64,000 nt of DNA, from NCBI GenBank assembly GCA_023213395.1, contig CM041465.1:189727741-189791740 (forward strand), read 5' to 3'. Each line of letters begins with the position of its first letter. The first letter of the stretch is position 1. The position numbers and the translations under genes are program-made. Positions 15,140-29,999 of the stretch are shown one piece after another. The DNA comes from Cycas panzhihuaensis (taxonomy: Eukaryota > Plantae > Cycadophyta). The notes under the pieces were generated by a model, which worked only from the letters and a program-made list of their open reading frames with translations, did no database searches and was not told the DNA's origin.

Positions 15140-15530
15140 ATGGCATCAATTATTTATATTGATAGGGGTAAACATGGTAATCTAGGGCCTTTTGTTATAG
15201 CTTAGATCATTTAAGATCACTTACTAAAAGCCTCTACTAATGAAGTTGAGTACACTACCATCATAAAGGCTTTGATTAATGCACTCTACTTCCATCATAA
15301 CTCTATCATCTCATATTGGGTTTCCCAAATTGTCATATCCTAGCTCATCCAAGTTTACTGGATTCATTACCTATGATTGAGATCTTTCACCATGTTTGTT
15401 AGATCCCTTTTGGCCCACTTCACTTCTATTGACATTTGTTATATCCCCCATGGACTTAACACTAATGATGATAGGTTGGTGAACTATATCCTTGAGCATT
15501 ATTTACCATTTATAGATGACTCTCCTTTAG
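15140..15530 (+). pseudogene. Decayed stand-alone archaeal-type RNase H
   Basis: MASIIYIDRGKHGNLGP...STNEVEYTTIIKAL...SQIVIS...YIPHGLNTNDDRLVN; homolog of 52777-53199. Confidence 0.8.
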
Positions 15531-15930
15531 CCCAATAGGCCACCTATTAAAACATTTACTAAGGGGAAAATCCCCCCTGGTCTCACCTCTAAGGGGCATT
15601 CATTGATGAGGTAAAACTATGGTGATAACCCTAGGCTTACATACCCCCTTTAGAAGCTAAGCCTTATCACTAAAGCTTCCCATATGTTCCAATGAGAGCC
15701 TAAATTTCCACCATGCTCTGAAATAAGGATAAACTATAATGTACATTTGTACATATTGGACTAAGATATGGATTACATAGGTAGCACTTCTTCTTTATAT
15801 TCTATATCTTTGATCTTCTTATTTTATTATTGTTTCTTTTATTTGAATATTTCTTTTTATGTAATTATTATTTCTAAAAAACCCCAAAATAATAAAAAAA
15901 TGTTTCAAAATCCCAAAAGAGAAAAATATA

Positions 15931-16285
<355 letters not shown>

Positions 16286-16846
16286 ATAATAATAATAAAT
16301 CTAAAAATAATTAAAACTATAAACTATTTTAAAAATTATAAAACATTAAAAACTAAAAGAAACTAACCTCTAAAAGATGGACGCTAACGAGGTAAAACTA
16401 TGGCAACCAATCCTAACTCATTGAGTCTTTCTCCTCCTTGGGTATTTGAAGCATTGCTTCATGTATTCAAGGGGCTTTAAGATTCCAAGCCCCTATCTTG
16501 GGCCATGCTACCTATCTTATCTTACCATGGAGGAAATTCTTCTATTGTTCAATGTCCCTATCATATACATACTTAAGATCCATAGCCACTGGTCTTTGGA
16601 TCGATCCAGTCACCAACTTGTCATCCTTCCTAGCTTGTGCACCTTTGTCATAGGTTCTTTAGGAGGCTAAACTAAGGGAAACCCCTCTCTGATTTGTTGC
16701 TAGTGGGACATCACTCTGGTAGCCACTACCCCATGTGACATATATACATTTGATTTTCATTATTATTATATTTTACATAATTTATATTGACAGTATTCAC
16801 CGTCATTTAGCTTTAGATTAAATAGGTTCTACTACCAAAGAGGTAG

Positions 16847-19269
16847 CATTTTCTAACTTTTAGGAATGGGTTTGGATATAAGGACGAACAGGTAAGTGTA
16901 GATATTATTTTTTGAATATTTTTACTCATTGATATATATTTAACATTATATGGTTGATACATGCTTGATTGCTTGCTTGATGGTTGATCCATACCCGTTT
17001 GACATGCCAATGATGACCAAGACCATGGTCCATGGCTCTAATGTCCACCTGATGGACTTTTTAAGTTGGAAAAGGTGCCTCCTTAACCACCTATAGCTTG
17101 TTTCTTTATTGATTATTACTTTGTTTTTTCTTGTTTAGCCTTGTTTTCACCTTATTGTTATTTGATATTGATTGATTGCTCTTTTTAGGACCTATCACTT
17201 GTGAGTTTACTTAATTATATGATGAAAATTTGGTGAAAAATAAACTCTATTCCCTTATTAATTTATTTTTTTACTGTATTAGCGGTATTACAAATATATT
17301 CAAGTACTTCAAATAAATTCATTGTATGACTGTCACCAACCCAAATTCAAGTTTAATAGAAATAATTAGCTTATAAATGATAGATTATCAATCCTAGGAG
17401 GCTATGTTGGCCCTAGATCATCTCACATCAATATTGAGAGGCTAAATATGGCTCAATATTCTTATTTTCTTTACTTTCTTCAAAGAAAATCCCTCAAACC
17501 ATGAGCATCACTCATGGTTTTTGGTTGATGGTTTTCTCTGTACTATAGGCAAAAATCCACCAACCCTCTCCCTCACTTCATCTATAAATCCCCTCCTTTA
17601 TTTTTAAAGGGAGGAGGAGATTTTTTGGCAAGGAATACCCTATCATTATGATACTAATTTTTTGCTAGATTATAATAATTTGGTACAAACAACTAGCTTT
17701 TATTTCGAAGATTAGGAGTAAATATCCAAGATCTACTAGAGAGTTCTTCGAGGAAAGATTTAGAATCCATTGACTATCATTTCATCATAAAGTTATAGGT
17801 AATCCACTCATCCTTGCTTAAGGTAATCTCCATTCTCTTTATTTCATCTTAGCCATGCCATGTTGTGTGATTTCTCGATGGTGATTTACTAGTGGGTTCC
17901 TTTTGTTTGTTATTATCTCATTTGCTTAGTAAATAGAGTCTCTTTTGGCCTCTTTTTCTTATTTCTTAATTGATCCTTTTGAACAAGTTGCAAGATTGGG
18001 GGAGGTTTCCTAAGTATAACTTAGGAAACCATATATATTAGGGGATGATTGCCATGTTGGGGAACCCTAACTCTATTCATCTTTATCTCTTGTGCTCATA
18101 GATTTGGGATTATTTTCTTTATGCTTTGAGCTTATACCATTTCATGCACTGTATATGAACATCTCAATTGGATATATTGGAGGTTTGTTATCTTTGTAGG
18201 AATCTAACATGTTTATAGAGAAGAAGTAGACGTTTATAAGAGACTTAATAAATTTTTATCAATCAAACATTCTAATAAATCCCAAACCAACTACCATAAA
18301 AAAGATAAGCTCTATACTCCCTTTCTTTTGTTGTTCCATAAAGGTTTTCACACTTTACACTTCTTTTTTTATCATGAAGGTTTTCAACAAGTAGAAATGT
18401 TGTTGAAATCCTTTTAGGAGTAGGTAAGTATTAGCTTCATTTCCTTTCCATCATGCTAAGGAAACTACATTTTGTTAGAAGGGAGCTATTAACACTCCAA
18501 TCTACTCCTTTCTAGGTATATATCATTCCTTTTATTTTTTTGTTTTTTCATTTGTTATATTACAAGAAAAAGAAAGAAAATAAAAGAGAAAAGCATAAAG
18601 ATTTATTTATTTTCTTATTGTCTCCTTTCCCTTTGTTTTCATAAAATGCAAAAAAAAAAAAATGAAGATAAAGGAAAGAAAATGATTCACTTTAGTTTGC
18701 CTATCCCCCTTTCTCCTTTTTTCATACTTTTCCTTCATTAAAAGAAAAAGGAAAAAGAAAAAAAAGGAAAAAAAAAAAAAAGATTAGTTGTACTACACTT
18801 CCTTTATTTGCATACGCATTATATTGCATTTCTAAAGTAGAAAGTTAGACCAACAGGTTGTTTTATAGATTTTGAGCCCAAGACATGGGGAGGGGCCATG
18901 CTATCGCAAGTCTTGAATTTGCAAGGGTAGATCATGAACCCAACTAGAAATAGGCTAGGTGCATTCATTTAAAGTGAAAGAGCATGTATTATATTTGAGA
19001 AATAAGTTATGCCTTCCCCTTTTTGGCATAGGCTCATTTGACACCTAAGGCCACATCTTTCTTTTAATGCACTCATACACATGCTCAAACACCCTTAGTT
19101 TAGTCTCTTAGGTAGAGTAATTCCCCTTGCAAATGTGCTCAACTAGCACGTGAGCACCCTATCTTGGCATCATAGGACTTGTTCATATTCATAGAGGTTA
19201 TGCACCTTAGGCTTCATGATTTCTTCTAAGTGTTAACATCTTAGGATTACAACTATCAGGAGCATTTCA
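16847..19269 (+). repeat. 3' LTR of the right-arm Tat element (~2.4 kb)
   Basis: Follows a PPT. Start cattttctaacttttaggaatgg resembles the D LTR start tgtttcccagctactaggaatgg, and the end gcatttca matches the D LTR end. Confidence 0.7.
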
Positions 19270-20844
19270 ACATATCTAGGAAGTGGGCTTAAGAGTAGTA
19301 ATGTCTGAGTCTTAAAGCATTTTGGTAGGCATGGCATTAATAAATAACCCATTATTGACTATCATCCTTTGGAGAATATAGTCAGGGGCTTTTATACTAA
19401 TAAAAAGTGGAGAGAGTAACTAACACTCTCTCTCTTTTAGGGAAGGGCAACCTCTAGATTAAAGGTTATGAGGAGCATTATTGGTGCTTTTTAGCAAATG
19501 TAATTAACTCCTCGGAGCTCTAAGGTTTCTAAGAGTAGTTATTGTTGGTTTAGGTAGTTTCATAGGACATTTATCAGGGACATGCCTATAGAGACAAACT
19601 CTAGTCCTTTAATGATTAAGAAGGACTTCACTTTAGGAGTATATTGGGGGAGGATCTTTCTTATGTCATATTAGGCTGACTGAATAGGGATGTTCTTTAG
19701 AAGCATTAGGATTTTTATTGGTTGAGGGTTTGAGGATGATGGGCCCTCAACTTGCTTGGCTACTTGAGCTTAAGTCATAATAAACACATAAGAAATATTG
19801 AGCATCTGAATAATCTATTCACCCTTTCTAATGTATCACTAGGTGACCTCCTTTAATTTTATATCATTGGCTTTTAGAGGTGATTGGTGTTACTCTTGTT
19901 ATAGGCCTATGGACTACTTAGGAGTCATGGATTGGGCTTATTGGACCTTTCCCTTTCCTTTTGGGGCTTGAGATTGGCTATCATTATCATCATGTTTAGG
20001 AGCGAGATCTTTATGTATTAGTTGATCCAAGTTGGACCTTAAAGTAGGTTTCATTATAGGCCCTTATTAAGGGGAAAGTTTGAGGTATTGAGACTTGCAG
20101 TGCTTGTTATCATGGGAATAGTTTTGGTGGATAGAACACCATCTCTTCTTAGTAGGAGGAGAATCTCCTTTGTTGTCTTTTAGCTTATAAGGGCATTATA
20201 TAGCTTAATGGATTGGCCAATAATCTTATTGCCCCTATAAAGGTTAGTTTTGCCTTTTGGTAGGCCTAAGTTAAATTTTATTATCTCATATTACCGACTT
20301 GAATGAGTAGATGGTAGAGGTGAAAGAGTTTATAGTTTTCTCATGGGATTCGACCTTGGGTTTTGGATACTTAAGTAGAGATGGTGCTTCATGCCATAAG
20401 GTGGGATTAGTCAACTTTTCCACACCCAAATAGATCTTGATGGGTTTTAAGTTAAGGCACTTAGTTATTATTCTATCATAGGTGGTAGCATCCATTTTCA
20501 TCATTTCCATATAGACTTTAGGGTGAAGGGCATTTATGAAAATATCCCTCTTTATCTCCTCAAGTCGCATGGCTTTGGGAGAGTGAAGAAGGTCATGGAA
20601 CTATTTAACAAAGTCTCTATTAAGCTCTTTAGAGCCTTATTTAAGGGAGAGGAGGGGTTTGGTCCCATTCTCAAAGGGTCTTAAGACATCAAAGTAGTTG
20701 ATGATTATGGCAACTAACTATTAGAAGGTATGAATAAAGTGGGGGGCTAGTGATAGAACCATTTAAGGGAAAAGGTAAAAGCCTTGATATGATTAGTAGG
20801 ATCTTTGGTAGAGGTCCCTTTGAACTTTAAAATCTAATGGGGAC
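19270..20844 (-). pseudogene. gag: Old Tat gag-protease fragment (host of the nest)
   Basis: ORF 20286-20570 (EEIKRDIFINALHPKV...) is homologous to D gag (EELKRDLFVNVLYPEV). A protease-like IVNNG..INAMP motif lies near 19350 and is cut at 19270. Confidence 0.8.
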
Positions 20845-21452
20845 ATTAGTGAGAAAATAAAGTTTTAAATAACCAAACCAACCACCAAGATCTATTCTAT
20901 TTTGCAACAAGAATAAGATTCAAAATTGTAATCAAACATAAATATATAAACCAGATATCATTCAAAACATTCATAAAAAAACATAAACATTACCAAGTAC
21001 ACCAAGTTTAACGTGGTAAAACCCTAACAGGGTGCTAGGGAAACATCCATACAGGAAAGGTATCAAGCTTTATTAATAAAAAATAGAAATATGTACATCA
21101 ACCACTATAGAGCTCTCTTAGTAATAATAATACAACTAATCTACCTAATTTGGGTTTCATGAAGAATATAATAAGAAGGTATAAAATCTCAACTATCAGA
21201 TCTAGGGCCTTTTTGATGAACAACCCTAATTTTCTTTACTATTTTATATGTTTTGAATTCTAAAATTTTGCTTTGACAACTACCACCCCTGAACCCCTAT
21301 TTGTGAGGGGGGTTCTACCACCCTCTACACCCCCTAGATAATGGGGGTTATTGCCCCCCTTAGATCCCCCCGAGGAAAGTTGGTAGGGAAAACTGCACCA
21401 AAAACAAGTCAAAATTTTATTCTCCTTATACATTATTATCACGTAGCCAACA
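20845..21452 (-). repeat. 3' LTR of a Ty1/Copia element
   Basis: Minus strand reads PPT caaggtagagat then TGTTGG at 21452, just downstream of the Copia RNase H. Left boundary approximate. Confidence 0.7.
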
Positions 21453-21514
21453 ATCTCTACCTTGATAACAATTTTACTTGATACCTTCCCTGAACCGTTC
21501 ATTACATTTTTAGT

Positions 21515-22030
21515 AAGCTAAATAAAGCCAAACACCATTTGAACTTCTCTAGTAGTACTAGTTTAGTAAATATATCTATACAATTCTTCTCAGTATGACC
21601 CTTCTAAATTTATACTCCACATACTCCAATAACTTGTCTCACAAAGTGATATTTGAGTGTAATGTGTTTTATCCTACTATGATAAGCCAAATTCTTGGCT
21701 AAGTAAATGACACTTTGACTATAACAAAATAGCTTTACCTTATCCTATTTCCTTCCAATCTCACCTAATAGACCCTACACCTGAATTGCCTCCTTACAAG
21801 CATGTGTTGCAATAATATACTCTACTTTTGTAGTAGATAGAGCAATTATACTTTGGAGTTTAGACATCTAACTAACTAGACTATTTGCAAGAGTAAATAT
21901 ATAACCTAAAGTTGATCTTTTTTCATCCAAGTCTTTTCAAAATTTGAATCTAGATATCTAGAAACTAAATTACCTATACCATTAAAAGTGATGCAATAGT
22001 TACCTATGCCTCTTAAATAGCGAAGCACCC
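21515..22030 (-). pseudogene. pol: Copia (Tork/Tnt1-like) RT C-terminus and RNase H
   Basis: VLRYLRG...SQSVIYLAKNLAYHSRIKHITLKYHFVRQ...DIFTK on the minus strand. Confidence 0.9.
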
Positions 22031-25000
22031 TAGAATCATGCCTGTGGGGGTATGAGGAACTATCACACTTTGACTAGTTGCGAAGGTCTAGATGTGTAAG
22101 ATAGGTCAAGGTCACCCTTGAAGGGCATCCATGCATTAGTATATAGGATTCAAGGAAATGAAGTAATGCATAAACTTTATCTACCCTTAGGGTTTTTAGA
22201 TGGTTGGAATGTCATAGAGAAAAGAAATAGAATAGGTGGTGTCCTCAGGTTATCAAATAGACTAAATTAATCTCTCTTATCCTCAAAGGGAGGGGAAGAG
22301 ATAAGGATTCCCCTTTAGAAAAGGAAATGGGAGAGTGTCAAGCTCCTTTTAGAAAAGGAGATGAGATAAAGAATAAAGTAGGGATGATGAGTTACAATTG
22401 TTTAGTTATTCACCCAAAGGGGTACCTTTAGGTGTAGGTCTATTATGAATGTTTTGTTTTGAGGTTCTTATTTGGTTATAAGAGGGATGGGTGATGATCT
22501 TAAGTTTATTTGGGTTGTTTCCAATGTGATTTTGTCTTATGATGCAATGGTCATATGGTTTCTAAAACACAATAGTCGTTACAATAAATGTGCTAATCAC
22601 TATTGCTCACCCTCACTATATTTTTCTTTTTTCTCAAGGGTTAGGTTTGGGATGGAAGAAGAAAATAAAGAGAGAATGTTGTAACCAGTATATTTCAATT
22701 AAGTTCTTTTACAATACAAGAAGGAAACATATAATATGCAATTTCGATTATGTTATGATTCCTACCTATGCAAGGAGGATGCTTTCAATATGTTTCTTTT
22801 TTTATTCATTTCAATGCATAAACGAATGCAAAGCTAAGGGAAATAAAATGGTGTGTGAATAAAAAATCCTCCTTCTCATGCAAAAGAGAGGTGACATGTT
22901 TCAACCTATGCTATACCCTTTCTTTTACATGTAATATATGTGTATATAGAGGGAAGAAACAACTTTCTCTTTTATGTATTTTCTCTTTTCAAAAAAGAAG
23001 GGGGGGAACAGGACAAAAGAAAAATAGGTTTAACAAGGTGCACCTAGTTTTATGATGTTTGGTGGTTTGGCGCAACTCCTTTCTACATTTCTCCTATATT
23101 AGCAGCTTGATTTCCTTTATCGTTGTGAGAGTTATTGAAGAGGAAGAGGGGTTCCTTACCTTCCCCAAATTCAAATTCAAAAAATACAAGAAAGGAAAGT
23201 AACAAAATAGAAACAAAAAACCAATTATTATACTAAAGCATGAAATGGTGTTACCCCTTATAAAATGTTTCCTTGTTTGTAAATTAGTCCTCCACCTATT
23301 AAATAAGGGCAATGAAACCTTTCTACAAACAAAAGATATGTATATGTGTATTCTCACAAATGAAAATGTCATTAGTATGTTTTTTTTCCAATGTGCAATA
23401 ATGAAACAAAATCAAATATTATTTTTTGCTCTAAATCTCATCATATAAACAACGAAAGAGAAGTGGGAGAAAAGGAGGAGGGAGTTTCCTTAGGATGGTA
23501 GAGCTCCTCTATAGGGGTAAATATATCCCAAATGGCAAAAAGGATCACATGTTTAGGTGAATGTTTGATCCAATATATTAGGGGAGGAATGAGATATGGG
23601 GTCTCAATGGTAGGTTATAGGTTGTCCAACTAAAATGTTACGCTAGTGATAGTAGTGTATGGTAAAACATTTTGTAGCTTGGGGGAGGGGATTACCCAAG
23701 TGGAAGGAGGGTCCTAAAATTGAAACTTGGGCCTAGTATCCTCACTAAAATCTCCCTTAGCTAGCCAAATCTCTCTGCCTATCTTTCAATAATGATTTAG
23801 GTGGTAAAATGAAGGTATCATAGTAGGAAGGAGGTGTTTCCTCCAAAGTTTTTTCAAGCAAGTCTATCAAATATGTATGTATTTACCTTTAAACTAAAGA
23901 AATAAGCAAAACATGTGTCAAATTATAGAAAGAAAATGAAGTAAGATAATAGTATTTCCTAATGGAAACAAGCCAAGCATGGGATTACCCATTTAGGAGA
24001 AAAGAATGATGGTGAGAACCAAGAATATTTATTGTTGAAGGAAGCTTTTAGGAAGAATCTTTAATTGATGGATGAAGAGAAGTGTCTCCTTGGTTGTAGT
24101 GATAGTTTAGGGAGGTCCTTCTGCCTTCAAAGTACTGATTTCCCTCTTGCTTCTTTGCCAAAATCCTTTTTTTTTTTTTTTTTCATATAATATCTTAGAA
24201 TTCTAGAGAAGAGAAGAAAGTTGCTTCAATCTTGAGTGGAAAGTGAAGAATGAAGATGAATAATCTATCTAAATTAAGTTTTGAGAGTTCTAAGGGCCTC
24301 TAGGGACCATTAGGCCACAATCTAGGTTGGTCCCAAGTCTAGATCTTCTGTTAGAAGAGTATTAAATAAGAATTTATTCATTTCGAGCCACATTTAAAAT
24401 TTAAATAGTTGCACTATAAATTTATTATGGTGAAGCGAATACATTCATGGGGTGAAACAATCAAAGTGATGCAAAAATAGTTTGGTACATTTGATAAAAA
24501 AATAATAAATATCGATGGAAAATTTATAAAAAGGAGAGGGAATCCCTTACTAGAGCACCTAAAACATCTCTCTAAGGTCTATGGATGAGATTTAGATTAT
24601 TTTATGAATCAAAACTAGTAAGAGACCCATAAGAAACATATTGAAATGAGTCAGGACTTAACCAACAATGGTACTTAAGGACATCAGGATATAAACAAAG
24701 CTTAGACAAGGAATATTAATGAAGCATACAAGAAAATCTCATAAGGTATGAGTGATGAAGGGCATCTTTCCACAAGATCCTTGATAAACTATCCTAGGTG
24801 GATCAAAGTATATATAAGACTCAACAAAAAAAAGGGGGAAAAGTGCTACCAGAAAGCATAAATAAATGGGGATTCACCCAAATCGAGCTACAGAAGCATA
24901 TGAGGGGTATATTACCAATTGGAGATTTATTGTGGGAGCTCAATAATGCCATTAGACTAGAGTCCTAGTCATCATAGGCGGGAACACACACATAGGCAAG

Positions 25001-25144
25001 GGGATCAAGTAAGCAACCTAAGCATTTAGGCAATCATACAAATATTACACAATACAATGAATGTAAAGAATATAATAGAGAGTAAGGGATAGAATATATA
25101 CCTAAACTTATATGTATGAAAAGTTTCTTAAATAGTGAGAAACA
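22031..25144 (-). repeat. 3' LTR of element B (~3.1 kb)
   Basis: Direct repeat of 33920-37023. Confidence 0.9.
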
Positions 25145-25669
25145 TTGCCTACTTGGTAGTAGAGCCTCATTACTTTGGAGCACTAGACAATGGTGAAAAC
25201 TACCAACACACACATCATCAATGGTAGTGATAACTAGCAAGCAAGAGTGTATGTAACTAAGGAGGGCTACGCATGTTATAATGAATGCATGGATAGGAGG
25301 GCATGTATTGGGGGCAGAGATAGGATCATGGCTCAATCAAACCTCCATGTGTGGGACCCTAAACCTAAGGCACATGCCACAAAGGATAAAGAAAAGGGTG
25401 ACCTAAGGGGGACACCCTTAGTGGCACACCTAAATAGGTAGCATGACCTCAAAAAATAAGGTGGGTTTGGAACCCAAAGAGAAAACTAAGGAGGATGAGG
25501 GGATGCCTTATCTCTCTAAGATAAAGTATTAATCACACAAAGGAGGGTTTGGGTTACCATAGTTTAGTCTCATTAGCAACCATTTTTTAGAGGTAAGAAA
25601 GGTAAATGTTAAGGGGTGAGGTTGCTGTCAGAAGGTTTCTAAAGGGAAACCCATCAAGCCTATAAGGAG

Positions 25670-26082
25670 TCATCTAGAAGCTATAGATAGTGCTCAAGAA
25701 CAAGGAAAACTAGGCTATTAGCCTCAGTGTTTCAATCACAAGGGATGTATCAAATATCAACCAATGAGAAGTGAGAAAGAAGAGACCTAACAGTCAAAGC
25801 AAGGGATCTCAACTAAGGGAAGAGGACCTGATAAGTTTGGGTCAATTGGGACATTATGATTTAAGAATCACAATGTAGGATAATGAGACCATGATGCAAA
25901 TGATGCACATCAATTAAGGCTTCGATAACAACTATATACTTTTCTTAATTATTCGTGACCTTAGGCAAAAAGATCCTAAAACATATGCAATAATACCTAA
26001 AAGGTTCACAGATGATCTAAGCATTTATTGAAGGTCCAGGGTTGTTGTGGCTACCTCCATCAATATAGATGAGGAGAGCCAT
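25670..26082 (-). pseudogene. Decayed stand-alone archaeal-type RNase H (element B)
   Basis: MALLIYIDGGSHNNPGPS...VTNN*EKYIVVIEAL...CDS*IIMSQ...NTEANSL. Confidence 0.85.
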
Positions 26083-26795
26083 GACAAAGAGGGTGATAAA
26101 AGTCTCAAGAAAAAAGAATAAGAGAACAAAAGGTATATAGTGGATAATGATTCCTCATTATTACAATCACTCAAAAGGCCAAACACAAGAGGATAGGAGA
26201 GTTCTATGTCTAGGTTTCTAGGCTTGTAGAGGGCTCACCCTATGGAAGGGGAAGAGCAATCGCCAAAATAGGCTTAATGTCAGGGTTCTGAGGATGGTAC
26301 AGGGTCAATCGAGGGGATCAACCAAGGGATCAAATCCTCTTGGGAGTAAATAGGTTGGAATAGAGGCAAAAAATAAAATCAACTCTTCAAAGTAAGTCCA
26401 TGGGGTATAAACATAGATATCATTTCAAGTAGGTGAAAAAAGGGAGATAAAAGGCCTCTTGTGGTGGTCAAAGGGGGTACTATAAATACTTGAAATGGGG
26501 AGAAAAAATAACATATAGGAGCTAAAATAGATTGGGACCCTAAAGGAAACATGGACGAGCTCACGATAATGGTCCAGAAGACTCCATCAAAATGGAAAAA
26601 GGCTATGGAGCCTCGAGTAGCCCTGTGAATGAAAGGGGGGTGGATACGAAAAACCAATTAATTTTTGTAATTACCTATACGATTTTCAAAGAAGGAGTTT
26701 GTTATGCCAGTTCTCTCCCTGAATACAAGCTCATTAGAGGAGATCTAGTTGTTAGATTATCATATAGATAGAACTATCTGGATCATGACTAAGTG

Positions 26796-29180
26796 ATGGT
26801 GGCAGTTAGGCTAGACTTGGTACATAGATCCTAACGCAACTTTATAAATTTATTTCTTTCTGCTAGTCACCTTTTGGATGTAAGTTGGGACCAATAAGAT
26901 GATTAGGAGGCTAAATAAGACTAGAATTGGGATCTATGAGAGGCTGGACTAGGGCCTTAGGATGCCCTAAACCCATTAGACTAGGCTTTAGTCTAGTTTC
27001 AATTAATTTTATTTATTTTTGGGTAGCTTTTAGGATAGTTAGAGGAAATATCTGTGGCATTGCTAATTTGTTTGTGGTGCGACAAATATTCTAGTAGGGC
27101 TAGAGATATATCTGTGGGGCTCACAAATATATTTATGAAACCACAAATATATCAATAGGACCTACTAATATATCTATAGTGTTGCATATATATTAGTAGG
27201 GCCAGGGTAGAAAAGAAGTTTCTAATAAAGTTCTTGGTTTTTAGTTACTCTCTTAGCTGATTATCATTACCAGAGATGATTTCCATAACTTTGTCATACA
27301 ATAGTTGTGTTTGACGTCATTTTCATGATTTTTTAGGTAGTGATGGTGGTGGACAACCACAAGAACATAGGGATAGCAATGCTAGGTTTCTTCAAGCTAA
27401 TGGATAAGAAAGAGTGAGACATACTAAGATGTTATAGGCTACTCAGGTTAGTTTAGTCATACTAGTATGTACCTGACTAGGCATTATTGGTCGACATCAT
27501 CTCCTATTAGGACTGACAGAAGCACATATTCCATCTCCCATTAATAGGAGATGTTACCATCACCCCTATGAACATTAGGAAGATTATAAGAGTTCCTGCA
27601 GGCAAAGCACCAACTGTGTTTGGGACCTTACATAACACAAATATAGCACATAGGGAAGTAACTATATTTTTATGGTAGGGGTCATTGGGACTAGAGAGGG
27701 CTACTACTAAGGTCTATAATGATGTCTAGGATTACTCACATGAGAAAGATGATCATCTTTACCATTCTATTCTAGATTTTCAAGAAATAGAATTATAGGG
27801 ATATGCCTAGAGGATGGATGACTATCATCAGGAGATGCGAGGCAGGGGAGTGATTTAGTTAGGCCGCCTTGATCATGGCCAACCTTACTACCCATCTAGA
27901 TCAGGTATGAGCTATAGACTAAGGAGGACTATCATATTGATCCTTACTTTAGAGCTAGTTCTTCTATCACTTTTGAGGAATAGAGCAAGTGGTAGGACCG
28001 TAGACCATAGTAGTTAGTGCCCCTCTCCTCTATCGATGGCCATCATTCTTTAGGAGCATAGGAGACCTTACTTAGGTTAGAAGATCGATGGTAGCTACAT
28101 CTCTAGATTTGCTTACTTTAGATGATTATATAAGCCAACCATACTATACTATCCGTTAGGATAGAAATATAAAGGATGGAGAGGCCACGAAGGCTATAGG
28201 GGGCCCGACAGTAGAGCCAAGGGACAAGGAGGAGGACAAGGGAGATGCGTCTACTGATGTGGAGATAGAGGCCACATTAGTAGTTGTAAGAGAGGAAGTT
28301 ATGGCTATAATAGAGGAGGAGGCCCTAGGAGATGATGAGGCAGAGGTCATAGAGGGTCCAAGAGTAGAGGAGATAATAGTCAAGGAAGTACCAATTGCCC
28401 TAGGAGATGAGTTTTTCCTTTTTGCAGCTATAACTTTAATTTGTATAAATAGTTAAGTGATTTATGATTTTATGGTTTATTGATATAGATTTATTTATAT
28501 TCTCCAAACTGACATGTGGATCTACATGTATTGCAATGGAGAGAGCATAGGGGAGTTAATCAGGAGGGCGATAATGGAGTTGTTCCCATAGGTATATAAG
28601 AAGAGGTAACCTCCTATCATAGATAATGAGGAGCCGGGCTCCATGGGGCTCCACATAGTAGCATTTGCCTCCATCATCTGAGTCACTAATATTTAGGTTA
28701 TAGAGACCTAGGAGAGATAGACAAGGAAGAACTAATTACAGGCTCAGGTACAAGAGCTAGAGGCCTAGGCATAAGAGAGAGGAGTAATAATCATAATTGT
28801 ACCAATAGAGGTGATTCTAGGAGCCAAGGTGAGGATGTCAGTCTTAAACACCCACATAGTATAGGCTTAGAGGTACTTGTCTAGGGTACATGAGGATCAT
28901 GATTAACTTTGGGAGACCTAGGGTTGGCTGGCACAGGTGCTAAGAGAGAGATACCACATGGTGGGAGAGAGACCTATAGGAGCTCTATAACTAGTTAGTG
29001 GAGTAAATGGCAACTAGGTCCTCATGCAGTTAGATACACACAAAAATGTCATCCCAGAGGAGTGCTCAAGATGAGGAAAGCAAGGCCAAGACCTTGTAGA
29101 GATGTAGGAAGAGACTCAAAGGAACTTGGTCCCCAAGTGAGAGAGCAAGGAAGCCTAAGGGAGATATACCATAAGTACAA
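26796..29180 (+). pseudogene. Decayed PMD/coiled-coil gene (element B, antisense to the element)
   Basis: Exon 1 26796-26819 then GT. Acceptor tttttag, exon 2 from 27337: VVMVVDNHKNIG...LLVDIISY*D*QKHIFHLPLIGDVTITP. Acidic tail in ORF 28259-28456. 3' end approximate. Confidence 0.8.
27048..27205. repeat. ~8-unit degenerate 20-21 bp tandem array in PMD intron 1
   Basis: Units such as atatctgtggggctcacaaat and atttatgaaaccacaaatat. Confidence 0.7.
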
Positions 29181-29999
29181 CATATCACTTGGGTGATTTT
29201 GTATCATAGTTCTAACAAGAGGAAAGCTTCAAACCTTTAGGGGATTCTATACCGTATATGTATGATTATACATCCCCTATAAGGATTCTGACTTCCTAGG
29301 GCACATTATACTAACACATTTTATACTATCATAGATGATTATGTATATATAGAGATGGGGACCACATTGGTACCTCTATTTTAACATAAATGGTTGATTT
29401 ATTTTGATTATGGATGTATGGATCGATACATAGATGCATGATAGATATATAGATGCGTATAGATTTTATTATATTATGTATATTTTCTTGCATATATTTT
29501 CTTTATATAGTATGGAACTAATACTAGGCACACACGATCACCTTGTATGCTAGGTAGTCTCATGTGATCTTAGGGTGAGAGGAGCATGTTTCCCTTAAAA
29601 GGAAAGTAGTGATCTAAACAGAAAAGAGCAAAAAGAATAGGTACAGATACCTTAAGAACACTAAAAGGAGATAAGATCTATCTCGGGAGGCCTTCTCTAG
29701 GTGTCAACTTATACTCAGAAGTAGATACAGTTGCTTCCTAGATGAGGAACTAAACATAAGCATGGAGATGTACCCTTATGGTGCCACATTCTCCACCACT
29801 CACAGGCAAAAAGAAGGGCTCTATTTATTAAGGGAATAGATGACACTTTTGGAAAGAAGCATAGCCATCTTGATAGTAAATGAATTTGCTAAAAGCTTAA
29901 ATACATGTTATACCCCTAGTGAAGGTATTCGATGTTGCATTCAAAAGTTAGTTTAGGCTCATTTCAGAGCAACCATGAAAGGTAGGCCTAACATAAATG

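Noticed and set aside
16380-16410. Hammerhead ribozyme (retrozyme-like)
   Set aside because: Only 2-3 nt lie between the CTGANGA-like and AAAC boxes, so stem II cannot form. Kept only as a conserved motif.
25110-25144. Mismatch between the terminal ~35 bp of the two element B LTRs as evidence of a chimeric element
   Set aside because: The rest of the LTRs are collinear and the TSD matches at 4/5 positions. Local indel and decay suffice, though recombination is not excluded.
27048-27205. CRISPR-like array
   Set aside because: Degenerate tandem units without unique spacers, in a plant retrotransposon intron.
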